Assembly: GCA_964450955.1 (NCBI GenBank) | Contig: CAYVFI010000032.1 | Location: 8,491-72,490, forward strand | DNA length: 64,000 bases | Direction of reading: 5' to 3' | From: an uncultured Planctomycetaceae bacterium | GTDB lineage: Bacteria; Planctomycetota; Planctomycetia; Planctomycetales; Planctomycetaceae | Shown here: positions 31,155 through 42,550 of the stretch, piece after piece | Position numbering within the stretch: position 1 is the first letter of the stretch | Layout of the letters: every line of letters starts with the position of its first letter | Translations under genes and position numbers: made by a program | Notes under the pieces: model-generated | Told to the model about the DNA's origin: nothing | The model's input: the letters and a program-made list of their open reading frames with translations, nothing else | Database searches by the model: none

Positions 31155-32846
31155 TTAAGCATCCTTTGGCGGAGCTGGTTTGTCTTTGGCGTTTGCCAGT
31201 TTTTGCTCGACCACCGACTTTCGCTGCACAACAGGCTTCTTTTTCACCTGTTTCTCCTCAGACTTCGCTTCTGCGATCGTTCCATTCTCTTCGCCGCTGG
31301 ACGGACTTAATTTGGCGATAAATTCAGGAATTTCGATGCCCGCGATATCTTTCATCGTGTGCATCATCGGAGGCAGGCTGTGTGATAAGCCCTGCAGGAA
31401 GTTAGATGTAGCCGACTGGCCATTGCCGTTTCCTCCGCCACCTTCCCAGACCACGACCTTGTCGAACTTGATGTTCGAGATCGCCTTGGCTGAGCTTTCT
31501 GCCAGGTTGTCCAGGTGTTCCAGCATCAGCATCTGGAACGCTTGTTCTGAACCGCCACACGCGTTGACGATTTCTCGCAGGCCTTCTCCCTTCTTCGCGA
31601 GAATCTCGTACTGGCCGCGAGCTTCGGCTTCCAGCTTGGCGTAAATCGCTGCCGCTTCACCTTCGGCTTCCAGTCGCATCTGTTCGGCTCTGGCTTCGGC
31701 TTCGACGATGGTTCTGGCCTTCTCAGCTTTCGCCGGAGCTTCCAGTTCGGCTCGACGTTCTGCTTCGACTCGTTGTGCATCGGCGAGAGCCGCTTTGGCC
31801 ATCGCCAGGTTCTGCGCTTCTTCGACGGCGGCCTTCGCTTCTTTTTCTCTGGTCTCACCAAGTTGGTAAGCTTCCGCTTCCTTGACCTGCAAGGCCGCTT
31901 TTGCCGCAGCAACTTTGGCCTGAGCCTGAGCTTCACCGGCAATCGCGAGAGCTTTCGCTTCAGCAACCGCGATTCTTTTTTCGCGGTCAGCATCAGAAAC
32001 CAAAGCTTCCTTCTCAAACAGTTCTCGTTGTTCGCCGACTTCCTGTTCCTTGTCCAGTTCGGCAACTCGAACCGCTTGTTCGCGAGCCGCTTCTCGCATT
32101 CCAATTTCGCGAGCCTTGGTTGCGTTCGCCACTTCGACCATCTTGTCTCGGTTAGCGGCTGCCACACGAACTTCACCCAGTCGGACTTCGTCGGCCACGT
32201 CACCGCGAGCACGCTGAACCGCTTCCGATGCAGCCTTCTGACCGATGGCTTCGATATAGCCGCTCTCGTCTGTGATGTCGGTGATGTTGACGTTAATCAG
32301 CGTCAGGCCGATCTTCGACAGTTCTGGTTCCAGCGATGTTTGAACGGCTGTGAGGAACTGTTCGCGGTCGCGGTTAATGTCTTCAATTTTCATTGAAGCA
32401 ATCACCTGCCGCAGCTGACCGAAGATGATGTCCTCCGCCTGCTTTTTAACCTGAGCCGTATTTAAACCCAGCAATCGAATTGCTGCGTTTTGCATAATCT
32501 CCGGCTGTGTTCCGATCGCGACCGTAAACACGCTGGGCACGTTGACACGGATGTTCTCACTGGAAAGCGCGTCTCGTAGCGGGACTTCAATCTGAATTGG
32601 TTCCAGACTTAGGTACTCGTAGTCCTGCACAACGGGCCAGACAAATTTACCGCCACCATGCACACACGTTGCAGAGCGACCGCCTTTAACCTGACCATAG
32701 ATGACCAGAACCCGGTTACTCGGACAGCGTTTGTATCGGCTGGCGTACCCCACGACGGTTCCGAGCAGCGCGATAATAATCACGCCGACAATCATGACGG
32801 GCCCGGTTAGTTCTGGCAGTTGAGCCAGGATTTCGTAATCCAGCAT
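31155..32846 (-). CDS. Flotillin-like SPFH/band-7 protein (YqiK/FloT-type)
   Basis: The start is MLDYEILAQLPELTGPVMIVGVIIIALLG (TM, ATG at 32846). An SPFH domain is followed by a long E/A/K-rich coiled coil and then a flotillin C-terminal region. Confidence 0.85.
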   Translation of the reverse strand: MLDYEILAQLPELTGPVMIVGVIIIALLGTVVGYASRYKRCPSNRVLVIYGQVKGGRSATCVHGGGKFVWPVVQDYEYLSLEPIQIEVPLRDALSSENIRVNVPSVFTVAIGTQPEIMQNAAIRLLGLNTAQVKKQAEDIIFGQLRQVIASMKIEDINRDREQFLTAVQTSLEPELSKIGLTLINVNITDITDESGYIEAIGQKAASEAVQRARGDVADEVRLGEVRVAAANRDKMVEVANATKAREIGMREAAREQAVRVAELDKEQEVGEQRELFEKEALVSDADREKRIAVAEAKALAIAGEAQAQAKVAAAKAALQVKEAEAYQLGETREKEAKAAVEEAQNLAMAKAALADAQRVEAERRAELEAPAKAEKARTIVEAEARAEQMRLEAEGEAAAIYAKLEAEARGQYEILAKKGEGLREIVNACGGSEQAFQMLMLEHLDNLAESSAKAISNIKFDKVVVWEGGGGNGNGQSATSNFLQGLSHSLPPMMHTMKDIAGIEIPEFIAKLSPSSGEENGTIAEAKSEEKQVKKKPVVQRKSVVEQKLANAKDKPAPPKDA

Positions 32847-32975
32847 GTTTGGTCCCTTAAGTTTAAGTTTGTTCTGTTTGGTTAGACGCCAGTGTCCCGA
32901 CGCCCGCGCGCAACTTGTGCGCTGATGATTTGTTTGGTGTGCAGTGTGCGGTGGCAACCCGCACTTGATTACCGG

Positions 32976-33605
32976 CTACATTGAACCGGTTCCGATGAAG
33001 GCGTATTCGCTGTCAGTCGCATGAGCAACTTCAAGAACCTCACCCAGAACGCCCACAACCACGATTGGCGTTCCGGTCTTCAGTGGGGCACCAGCAGTGA
33101 CAGCCGGGTACTCCATCGTCCGTTCGCCCACACGAACGGTGACCTTGCCGGGTGTTTCTTTTTTGGCACCAACCGACAGGTAAACAGTTCCCGCCTGACC
33201 GACGGTGTCTTCAATGTGAACCGTTCCGTCTGCAGTCAATTTGTGCATGCTTCGGATCAGGAATCCGACGGCGTACATAGTTGCCCCGGCCGCGATCATT
33301 GCACTTAAAGTGGCTTGCAGCGGAGTGAAGTGATCTTTCAGCGTTGACCCGGTAAGCCCAAACACGGCGATGGCCGCAAGTATGGCGCGGGTGCTAAGCA
33401 TCCCGACCAGCCAGGTATCACCGACTCCACCGTGACCGACGTCGATGTCGGTATCCACGTCGAGATCAATGTCCATGTCGACATCCATGTCGACCGCATC
33501 CAGCCCATCCAGATCGCTGCCGCCGAGACCGACCAGGCCCATGGCCATCTGAATGAGGACCAGCGTTCCGCCGATCATTGCACAGTAGCTATAGACCGAT
33601 TCCAT
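32976..33605 (-). CDS. NfeD-like membrane protein (partner of flotillin/stomatin) with an inserted Asp-rich repeat
   Basis: 209 aa ORF with N-terminal TM helices and a C-terminal OB-fold-like segment (GKVTVRVGERTMEYPAVTAGAPLKTGTPIVVVGVLGEVLEVA). It sits immediately upstream of the flotillin gene in the same orientation. It contains DLDGLDAVDMDVDMDIDLDVDTDIDV. Confidence 0.7.
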   Translation of the reverse strand: MESVYSYCAMIGGTLVLIQMAMGLVGLGGSDLDGLDAVDMDVDMDIDLDVDTDIDVGHGGVGDTWLVGMLSTRAILAAIAVFGLTGSTLKDHFTPLQATLSAMIAAGATMYAVGFLIRSMHKLTADGTVHIEDTVGQAGTVYLSVGAKKETPGKVTVRVGERTMEYPAVTAGAPLKTGTPIVVVGVLGEVLEVAHATDSEYAFIGTGSM

Positions 33606-34198
33606 AGCGTTCCTCGCTAGAGCCAGAATTGTTCTTTCAATTGGCAGAACGTCGGGTTCTTAATCGGGTTCATGTGAATTCAGAAGTTTTTTCACGCGTC
33701 ACCTGGGATATGGGCCTTCTTGCAAATGGCGGTCTAAATGCCGCGGAAAAGCTATTTTGAACCGCTGACGTCTTAGGCAGCCAGGTACGAATAGAGGGCC
33801 GGAAAGGCCGGTGCCCGACTCGGCTGCCCGCTGCCTCAACCTCGCCCTTCGAAATCCGTGTCCGAAATTCGAAGTTCAATTTGTTCCCGAACCGGAACCA
33901 CCGACCGCTTGAATGATGCCCTGGTATCTCGGCAGTAGCATATAGCAGCGTAAGTGAATGTTTGCCGAGCCGATCCGGGTTCAGGAGTTTCAAAGCAGTC
34001 ACACTTAATGGCGACGGCGCCGGAACCCGGCTGCAAAGAACCGTAAGTGGTGCTAACGGCAAGCAAACCCACATCAATCGCCCGCAGTCCGCGCTCGCTG
34101 CGGTGCGGACTGCTGTCTGGTTCCTCCAATCCCTGGGTTGCCAGGGGTGTCCCGAGCCAGCCGTCAGAATGACAGACGACCGCAGGCTGGAATAAAAA

Positions 34199-34233
34199 GA
34201 GCCTCGCGAGCTTTTCGGGGGCTCGCGAGGCTC
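34199..34233 (-). terminator. Candidate Rho-independent terminator (minus-strand sense)
   Basis: Perfect 13 bp inverted repeat GAGCCTCGCGAGC ... GCTCGCGAGGCTC with a 9 nt loop. On the minus strand it is followed by TTTTTATT. No annotated minus-strand gene lies upstream of it. Confidence 0.35.
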
Positions 34234-34592
34234 CGTAATACCAGGTCAGCAACCACGCGGTTGCGTCTCCCGGCAGGCCCGTGAGAACTGACTGACTAAG
34301 ATCCTTGACGAGTGACGAGCAAACAAAAACAGAAACAGGACGTGGCGGACGTGGCCCATTTAGATAGCGAACAGGGGGCTGCGTTCTTCCAAAAAATGAT
34401 TGCAATCATCCAGGAAAGACAGCAGGTGGCCCATCTCACGGCCTTAAAGTCGGTACGGCCGGCCTAACAGCGACCAGAGCGACCTGTGTGCGTCGCACCC
34501 GCAACGTCGATCGGCAATCGATCGACTCTCGAATATCCGCGGCAAGCCCTGGCCTTGCGCCCCGGCGCCCCAACGACACTGGCGTGGCTTGT

Positions 34593-34660
34593 TGCGGCTC
34601 GGAATGCTGCGGCTCGGAATGTTGCGGCTCGGAATGTTGCGGCTCGGAATGCGCACGAGG
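34593..34660. repeat. Tandem direct repeat, 15 bp unit GTTGCGGCTCGGAAT, about 4.5 copies (one variant GCTGCGGCTCGGAAT)
   Basis: Read directly in the sequence. It lies about 180 bp upstream of the ECF sigma factor start. Confidence 0.8.
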
Positions 34661-34840
34661 GGCGTTCTCCGCCTCGAACCCAAAAAGTCCGGTGGAGTGT
34701 CTGCGAAGTACTAACTGCGGGTGTTCAAAGTGCCCAGTCCGGGCTACAAATCAAGGGCGCGACTCGAGAGGATTTGCGTCCCCCCTCACTACCGAAGCAA
34801 TAGTTGTTCATTGATCTTCCAAAAAACGAGTTGGAGACAA

Positions 34841-35512
34841 ATGGCGGGCATGCACACAAGCATCACCATGCTGCTTGACGCCGGAAAACACCGTGACGCC
34901 AACGCGTGGGCTCGGCTTGCAAAGGCTTACGAGCCACTTATTACGAAATGGATACGGCAACTGGGTGTTGGGTCGTCTGATGTTGCGGACCTCACGCAGG
35001 ACGTGCTTCTTGCGCTCGCGTCGGATCTCGAACACTTCAACCACAATGGCCGGATTGGTGCCTTTCGCAATTGGCTGCGAACGATTGCCGTGAACCGCTG
35101 CCGCCGGTACTGGACCGCGCAAGGCCGTCGGGTTGATACGCCGGACGTGGAAAGGCAGCTTGACCAGCTGGCAGATCCGCAAAGTGAGCTAACCAGACGC
35201 TGGGACTTAGAACACGACCAATTTGTGCTGCAGCAACTGCTGAATGATTTGCAGTTCGTCTTTGATAAACGGTCGATTGAAGTGTTCCATCGCGTCACAC
35301 TTCTGTCTGAGCCGCCCACCGACGTGGCTCGAGAGTTTGGCCTGACGACCGGGCATGTTTATAAGATAAAATTTCGTGTGATGCGAAAACTTGAGCAGGC
35401 TGCCAGCGAGCTGAATGACGATATCTTGTCCAGGCCGCACTTCAATCTGGCTGATAAAGCCGATGACAAAGCTGCGATGAAACGGACTCCGGATAAACGA
35501 CGCCACGGATGA
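34841..35512 (+). CDS. ECF-type RNA polymerase sigma-70 family factor
   Basis: The start ATG at 34841 is preceded by GGAG. Region 2-like and region 4-like segments are present (VARNVAARN...; LQFVFDKRSIEVFHRVTLLSEPPTDVAREFGLTTGHVYKIKFRVMRKL). Its stop overlaps the start of the downstream kinase gene (ATGA). Confidence 0.8.
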   Translation: MAGMHTSITMLLDAGKHRDANAWARLAKAYEPLITKWIRQLGVGSSDVADLTQDVLLALASDLEHFNHNGRIGAFRNWLRTIAVNRCRRYWTAQGRRVDTPDVERQLDQLADPQSELTRRWDLEHDQFVLQQLLNDLQFVFDKRSIEVFHRVTLLSEPPTDVAREFGLTTGHVYKIKFRVMRKLEQAASELNDDILSRPHFNLADKADDKAAMKRTPDKRRHG

Positions 35513-38406
35513 GCGATCAGGCAATTGATTTTGAAGGGCATCACCCTGACTCTGATACGCTGGAACAATACCTCAGCGATGCACTTCAGGATCCGCAGGC
35601 AAGTTCAGTCGGCGCGCACATCGACTGCTGTGCTGAGTGTCAGACAACGCTTGAGGAAATGACAAACTCGTTTCGTGTTGCCGCTAAGCTGCGCGATGCC
35701 GATTTTTCGAGATCGAATTTCGTCAACAACCAAAGCCCGGTAACACACGACAAAGCCGCGGATCGGTTTACATTGAAGGAGGAGATCGCGCGCGGCGGTA
35801 TGGGCATTATCTATCGCGCACACGATCAGGAACTTGATCGCGAGGTCGCAGTTAAGGTGCTCGCACGCGAACAGTCGGTAGCCAGGGCGCGGTTCGAACG
35901 CGAATCGCGGCTGTCAGCGCGATTGCAGCATCCGGGCATCGTTCCCATCCACCAATCCGGAACATTGAGCGACGGTCGCACATTCATTGCCATGAAACTG
36001 GTTGCCGGAAACACTCTTCGGGCACTGATTGACGAACAACCCGACGCGCGACAACGGCTGCAGCTTCTTGATGTCTTTCACCAGGTGTGTCAGGCCGTCG
36101 CGTATGCGCACAGCGCGGGGATTGTTCATCGCGATCTGAAACCGTCGAACATCATGGTTGGTGAGTTCGGTGAAGTGCAGGTCATGGACTGGGGCATCGC
36201 GAAAGTCTGGGCGACAGACAAGTCACCGACTGCGCAAACGGACCTGGACGTCTTAATGTCGGTTGACGTCACTCGTTATGGCAGTGTTGTCGGAACACCG
36301 GCGTACATTCCGCCCGAACAAGCTCGAGCGGAACCGGCAGATTGCCGAGCGGATGTTTTCGCACTGGGTGGCATTCTTCTTGAAATTATGACCGGGCTGC
36401 CGCCTTTCCACGGGCAAACTTCGACCGAAGCTTTGAAGAAATCTGCCGCCTGTGACACGTCGGGCATTCAGCAACTTCTCAATCTGGCTGAGGCGGATTC
36501 ATTGCTGCTGGCACTCGCAAAGGACTGTCTGGCGGCCGATCCGCAAAGCCGCCCGGCAGACGCGAGTGTTGTCAGCGATCGCCTGCAGGCCTACTTCTCA
36601 AGTCGTGACGAACGCCTGCGTGCGGCTGAGTTCGATAAGGTACGATCGACAGAGCGTCTGGCTGCGGAAGTCAAACGCCGCCGGCAAACCTTGCTGTTCG
36701 GCGTGGTCGTCGTGGTCGGGCTCATCGCAGCGCTGGGGCTGTCGATCCTTTATCTCAACGAAAAGAATACACGGCAGACCGAACGACTGCAGGCCAATCG
36801 AGATGCTCGCGAACGCAGGTTGGATCGCGAATCGAAAGTACGAGTACTGATTGCTAAAGCAACATCGCTACAGGCGCAGGCAGCCAGTGCCAGCAAACAG
36901 AACCAATACCAACTTTGGCAGGACGCCCAGCTGGAACTAAACAAGACCTCCGGACTGACTGACCGTGAACTTGATCCAGGACTTCAGGCCACTCTGGCGT
37001 TAGTGCGTGAGCAAGTTGATACACAGGTTGCCTCGGCTCGAGAGCGCCTCGAACGTCAGCGGGCCGAACAGCGGATTGTCGACGCAATTCGCGCGGCCAT
37101 CACGCGATCGCAATCGCCGGATACGCTCATGCAGTTCAACCCGGAATCGGCTATCGCTGAAAGCCTTGAGGATTCGTTCGCAAAGTTTGGACTCACCGTT
37201 GGCTGCGATTTCCAGCAAAGCGTGACGCAGATTGGTGACAGCGAACACGTCAACGAATTCCTTGCTGGTCTGAACCTCTGGCGTCGCCAAACATCAGATT
37301 CGGACGCAGAGCAGTGGTTTGGCTCATTAATTGACGCGTTGGACAACAACGAATTCCGCAGGAATCTGCGTGCCTACGCACAGGCCGGCGATCGTGCGGC
37401 TGTTACAGCGGCGGCGGACGACGATTCTGCTCTGGATTCGGTTTTGTCAGTACACACCATGATTAACAGCCTTGAATCGATCAAAAACATGTCGCGCCTG
37501 AAGACCTTCTTGCACGCGGCCCATACGCGGTTCCCGGATGACATGGAAATAAACTGGACGCTGGGGTGTCTCTACGCGCAGGCCTATCCGCAGAGTTCTC
37601 GACTCGCGATCCGGTACTTTCTGGTCTGTCTTGGACTGCAGCCGGACAACCCAGGCGTGTTGATAAATCTGTCATACCATGCGGCTCGCGATGGAGACTC
37701 TGAGGGCGCACGCGAGTATGCCGAACGACTAACGCACGTCGCGCCGAACTATCCCCAGCCATGGGTGAACCTGACGAAGCACTACGGCCAGAAGGGCAAC
37801 CTGAAAAAGTCGCTGGAGTGCGCAGACCGAGCCATTGCCATTGCGCCGAACTTCGCCACCGCACATCGAAATCGCGCAGTGGCGTTGCGAATGTTGGAAC
37901 GCTACGACGATGCACTTGCGTCGGTTGAACGCAGCATCGAACTGGAACCGCACAACCCGGTCGGCTACGGCTACCTTGCGGAGATCTATGAGGTAAGCGG
38001 CAAACCAGACCAGGCTCTCAAAGCCGCGCAAGCTGCAGTCGATCAAAGCCGATCGTCGCTGACAAGCCTTCTTTACCTGGCCCGCTTCCATGTTCGTCAG
38101 AACAACGATGAACTCGCGCTACCGATTTACCGCAAGCTCACCCGCCGGTTCCCCAACGCGTCGGCGGCATGGAAGGATTACACTACGTTGCTGCTACGCA
38201 CAAAGCGCTACGAAGAGGTTGTGACTCGCCTTAGCAAACCCGGCAAGGGGCTCCGTCTTACCAGCCAGCTTAAGCAGGCTCTCGCAATCGCCAGGCGTGA
38301 ACAAGGCAACCAGGCCACGACGCTCGAAACTGCTGTCGAATCGTTGTCCGACGACACGCCGGCTACTGGTCAGTCACAGGATCGCAGTGCCCAGGACAAT
38401 CGGTAG
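35509..38406 (+). CDS. Ser/Thr protein kinase with an N-terminal anti-sigma-like zinc-finger motif, a TM segment and C-terminal TPR repeats
   Basis: 965 aa ORF. The N-terminus has a H-x3-C-x2-C motif (GAHIDCCAECQ). A Hanks kinase domain follows (VAVKVL, HRDLKPSNIMV, DWGIAK, GTPAYIPPE). A hydrophobic segment lies around residue 390, and TPR repeats follow. Confidence 0.85.
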   Translation: MSDQAIDFEGHHPDSDTLEQYLSDALQDPQASSVGAHIDCCAECQTTLEEMTNSFRVAAKLRDADFSRSNFVNNQSPVTHDKAADRFTLKEEIARGGMGIIYRAHDQELDREVAVKVLAREQSVARARFERESRLSARLQHPGIVPIHQSGTLSDGRTFIAMKLVAGNTLRALIDEQPDARQRLQLLDVFHQVCQAVAYAHSAGIVHRDLKPSNIMVGEFGEVQVMDWGIAKVWATDKSPTAQTDLDVLMSVDVTRYGSVVGTPAYIPPEQARAEPADCRADVFALGGILLEIMTGLPPFHGQTSTEALKKSAACDTSGIQQLLNLAEADSLLLALAKDCLAADPQSRPADASVVSDRLQAYFSSRDERLRAAEFDKVRSTERLAAEVKRRRQTLLFGVVVVVGLIAALGLSILYLNEKNTRQTERLQANRDARERRLDRESKVRVLIAKATSLQAQAASASKQNQYQLWQDAQLELNKTSGLTDRELDPGLQATLALVREQVDTQVASARERLERQRAEQRIVDAIRAAITRSQSPDTLMQFNPESAIAESLEDSFAKFGLTVGCDFQQSVTQIGDSEHVNEFLAGLNLWRRQTSDSDAEQWFGSLIDALDNNEFRRNLRAYAQAGDRAAVTAAADDDSALDSVLSVHTMINSLESIKNMSRLKTFLHAAHTRFPDDMEINWTLGCLYAQAYPQSSRLAIRYFLVCLGLQPDNPGVLINLSYHAARDGDSEGAREYAERLTHVAPNYPQPWVNLTKHYGQKGNLKKSLECADRAIAIAPNFATAHRNRAVALRMLERYDDALASVERSIELEPHNPVGYGYLAEIYEVSGKPDQALKAAQAAVDQSRSSLTSLLYLARFHVRQNNDELALPIYRKLTRRFPNASAAWKDYTTLLLRTKRYEEVVTRLSKPGKGLRLTSQLKQALAIARREQGNQATTLETAVESLSDDTPATGQSQDRSAQDNR

Positions 38407-38654
38407 CAGGCCATCGGCCATTTTCGTTTGGGGCCGATAGATTGATTCGCCCCGCTTGTCGGAAATTGGCGGCAACAGGAAGTTGCCACTGTTTTCACGG
38501 TTGGTTGTCACCGTACCATGTCGAAGATTGGCGACGCGGTAGACGGAGTTCTTTTTCCCGGTCACGGAAATTGAGTTGCGGTCAACAAGCCGCAAAGGCG
38601 GCAGCCTGGCGAACGCCGTTCGGAGGGCAACAACCTGCAGGTCGCGCATTGCCA

Positions 38655-40100
38655 TCAGACTTTCAATTCGACCTCGGCGGTATCCGTATCATACCGATCG
38701 CGAATAGGCCCGACGACTTCTCGCACAAACGCATCCACCTGCTCCGGCGCGCGGCCGATGTAACGGGAGGCGTCGAGGGTGGATTCGAGATCGATACCGG
38801 CAAAGGCGGCGTTCGTTTTCAAGCGATCAATCAGGTCGTTGGGTTTGCCTTCCTCTTTCACAACTCTGGATGCTTCGTGGCTGTGAACACGAATGACTTC
38901 GTGAAGCTCCTGCCGATCGCCGCCTGCTTTGACACCCGCCATGAGAATTTCTTCGGTCGCCATGAACGGCAACTCGCCAGACAGATGTTTTTCGATGACC
39001 TTCGGATACACCACAAGTCCATCACACACGTTGCGGTAAATCAGCAGCACAGCATCGATGGTCAAGAACGACTGCGGCAAAGACAGACGCCGGTTGGCGC
39101 TGTCGTCGAGCGTGCGTTCCATCCATTGCACAGCCGCTGTGTCGTCGGCGTTCCTGGCAAGTGACATGGCGAACCGGGCCAGCGCACACATGCGTTCGCT
39201 ACGCATGGGGTTGCGCTTGTAGGCCATCGCGGACGAACCAATTTGGTTCTTGCCGAACGGTTCTTCCACTTCTTTGCGGTGCTGCAGCAGGCGAATGTCA
39301 GAACCCGCTTTGTGGGCCGACTGGCCAATGCCGCTTAGTGTCGCCAGGACATGCGCATCGACTTTGCGCGAATAGGTTTGTCCGGTTACGGAGTAACGGT
39401 TGTCAAAGCCCATCTTCTTCGCGACCAGTTGATCCAGTTGATCGACCTTGTCGTGGTCGCCGCTGAAGAGTTGCAAAAACGTGGCCTGCGTGCCGGTGGT
39501 TCCTTTGACTCCTCGGAACCGAAGTGACGCCAGGCGGTGTTCGACTTCTTCCAGATCCAGCACAAGGTCGTAACACCACAGCGTCGCGCGTTTGCCGACA
39601 GTTGTTGGTTGAGCCGGCTGCATGTGCGTGAAGCCAAGGCAGGGGATGTGTTTGTTTTCTTCCGCGAATTTTGCCATCTGGTCAATGACGCTGACCAGCC
39701 GTTTGCGGATCAGCAGCAGGCTGTCTCGAATCTGCAGCAGTTCCGTATTGTCCGTGACAAAACAGCTGGTCGCACCGAGGTGGATGATGGGCTTTGCGTT
39801 GGGGCATTGTTCGCCCCATGTTTCCACGTGCGCCATCACGTCGTGTCGACGGTTCTTTTCATGAACCGCGGCGCGGTCGAAGTCGATGTCGTCGATGTGT
39901 GATTTAAGTTCGTCAATCTGCGACTGTGAAACGTCGGTGAGTCCGAGTTCCAGCTGCGATTCGGCCAGTGCGATCCAGAGTCGTCGCCACGTCGAGTGCT
40001 TGGTCTGAGCGGACCAGATGCCGCTCATTTCTGTCGACGCGTAACGGGTGTTCAATGGGTTTTGATAGATGTCGTGACTCAAGGTTCCGGGAAACTCCAA
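38655..40100 (-). CDS. purB: Adenylosuccinate lyase
   Basis: 481 aa ORF with full-length similarity to the fumarate-lyase superfamily PurB (N-terminus [30 protein letters not shown]...). Confidence 0.9.
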   Translation of the reverse strand: MEFPGTLSHDIYQNPLNTRYASTEMSGIWSAQTKHSTWRRLWIALAESQLELGLTDVSQSQIDELKSHIDDIDFDRAAVHEKNRRHDVMAHVETWGEQCPNAKPIIHLGATSCFVTDNTELLQIRDSLLLIRKRLVSVIDQMAKFAEENKHIPCLGFTHMQPAQPTTVGKRATLWCYDLVLDLEEVEHRLASLRFRGVKGTTGTQATFLQLFSGDHDKVDQLDQLVAKKMGFDNRYSVTGQTYSRKVDAHVLATLSGIGQSAHKAGSDIRLLQHRKEVEEPFGKNQIGSSAMAYKRNPMRSERMCALARFAMSLARNADDTAAVQWMERTLDDSANRRLSLPQSFLTIDAVLLIYRNVCDGLVVYPKVIEKHLSGELPFMATEEILMAGVKAGGDRQELHEVIRVHSHEASRVVKEEGKPNDLIDRLKTNAAFAGIDLESTLDASRYIGRAPEQVDAFVREVVGPIRDRYDTDTAEVELKV

Positions 40101-40220
40101 AACTGCTGTGGCGAGGGCGTGCTGACCGGTTAGGATTCGCTGATTGGTCCTATCTTAATCGCCTGTGTTCACATTGCGATGAACCCTGCCACTGCATCTA
40201 CGAACTGTTGAAAGCTTCTC

Positions 40221-41264
<1,044 letters not shown>

Positions 41265-41567
41265 AACACTCACCCCGTTCGTCACCGATTCTGTATCAGT
41301 GGATCCACGACTCTTGCACTACAGGACTGGTCAGCAGTGCGCTGTCGTGCAAAAGCCGTTACGACCCTGTTGTCAATGTTCGGGCCGGGCAGGAAAGTGG
41401 GAGGCGAAAAATCAAGAGTCGGGGCATCAGCCGGCGGCGTTTGGGGCACAAAACTGCCTGCCGTTGGCATTTGCAGGGCCGTGAAGGCGAAAATTGCCGG
41501 GAGATTCGGGATTAGCCGCCGTCAGATTCGGTGCTATTATCTAGCAATACCAGTCGAAGGAAATGCC

Positions 41568-42002
41568 ATGGCTCGCAGTAACCCGGAACTCATTAACGCT
41601 CTTCGTGACACCGCCGACCGCCTGGATTCAGGGGCCCGCTATGAATGGGGGCATATGGCTCGATGCAATTGCGGGCACCTGGTGCAAACGGTGACCGGGA
41701 TGACGGATACAGAGATTTCGTGTTCTGTCGATCATCAGTTGGCAGAATGGACTGATCACGCTGAGAGCTTTTGCGCGGGCACCAGTTTTAAAGTGGACGA
41801 CCTGTTTCGAGAACTCGGCCGAATTGGATTCGATCATCGCGACGTTATGTCGCTTGAGAACCTGTCAGACAATCGCGTGCTGACTCGGCTACCTGCTGAA
41901 CGCAAACGATTACGCCGCAACCAGGTTGCCGACGTTTCTTTGTACATGCGCACGATGGCCGACATGCTGGAAGAAGAAACCCCGACGCAATCACTTGCAT
42001 GA
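41568..42002 (+). CDS. Hypothetical small protein
   Basis: The ATG at 41568 is preceded by GAAGG. 144 aa; no motifs recognised. Confidence 0.4.
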   Translation: MARSNPELINALRDTADRLDSGARYEWGHMARCNCGHLVQTVTGMTDTEISCSVDHQLAEWTDHAESFCAGTSFKVDDLFRELGRIGFDHRDVMSLENLSDNRVLTRLPAERKRLRRNQVADVSLYMRTMADMLEEETPTQSLA

Positions 42003-42239
42003 ACGGTGTGAGCCGACGTGGTTGAGGTACTTTGCGCCTGTTTGTTTTAGTGAGCGCTGCTGCCTTCCGCGACGGCGTCATCGATCGGTGAGCCCGTCGG
42101 TGAGGAACAACGCGTTCAGCCGCTGAAACATCCGCGGGAGCCACTGTTGCTTCTTAGGCCTCGGTTTCCCGTTGCCGATGTTGTAGCCCGGGGTTAGAGC
42201 TTCGCAGTTCGTCGTCGAGACGCCAGATGAGGTTTTGTT

Positions 42240-42550
42240 CCTCGCTCACGCTTCGGGTTTTCATTGTTGCCGGGTTGTCCGGCTTTCGAGCGCGAGCAAC
42301 TATTTGGTCGATCATGTCCCGTTGGAAAGCGGCATCTTTGGAGTCAGCGTTCACTGTGTTTCTCGCAATGGTAACCCGACGCGTAAGCGAGGAAGCTCCT
42401 GCTTACGTTCTCGGCTCCTGCTTACGTTCTCGCTTACGCTTCGGGTTGTCATTTTTGGTTCCTGCTTACGTTCCTGCTTACGTTCTCGCTTACGTTCTCG
42501 CTTACGCTTCGGGTTGTCATTTTTGGTTCCTGCTTACGCTTTGGGTTTCC
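42240..42550. repeat. Cluster of REP-like palindromic repeats (left flank of the RAYT gene)
   Basis: Multiple copies of CTCGCTTACGCTTCGGGTT and the inverted partner GGTAACCCGACGCGTAAGCGAGG. There are 12-mer sub-repeats (CCTGCTTACGTT / CTCGCTTACGTT) and a duplicated ~60 bp block. Confidence 0.8.

Noticed and set aside
34486-34814. ORFs 34486..34803 and 34488..34814 with repeated VAARN / CGSEC peptide units
   Set aside because: They are translations of the 15 bp tandem repeat (GTTGCGGCTCGGAAT). A CRISPR array was also considered and rejected, because the units are directly adjacent with no spacers.
38442-39164. 240 aa plus-strand ORF
   Set aside because: It is entirely antisense to the well-supported purB gene.
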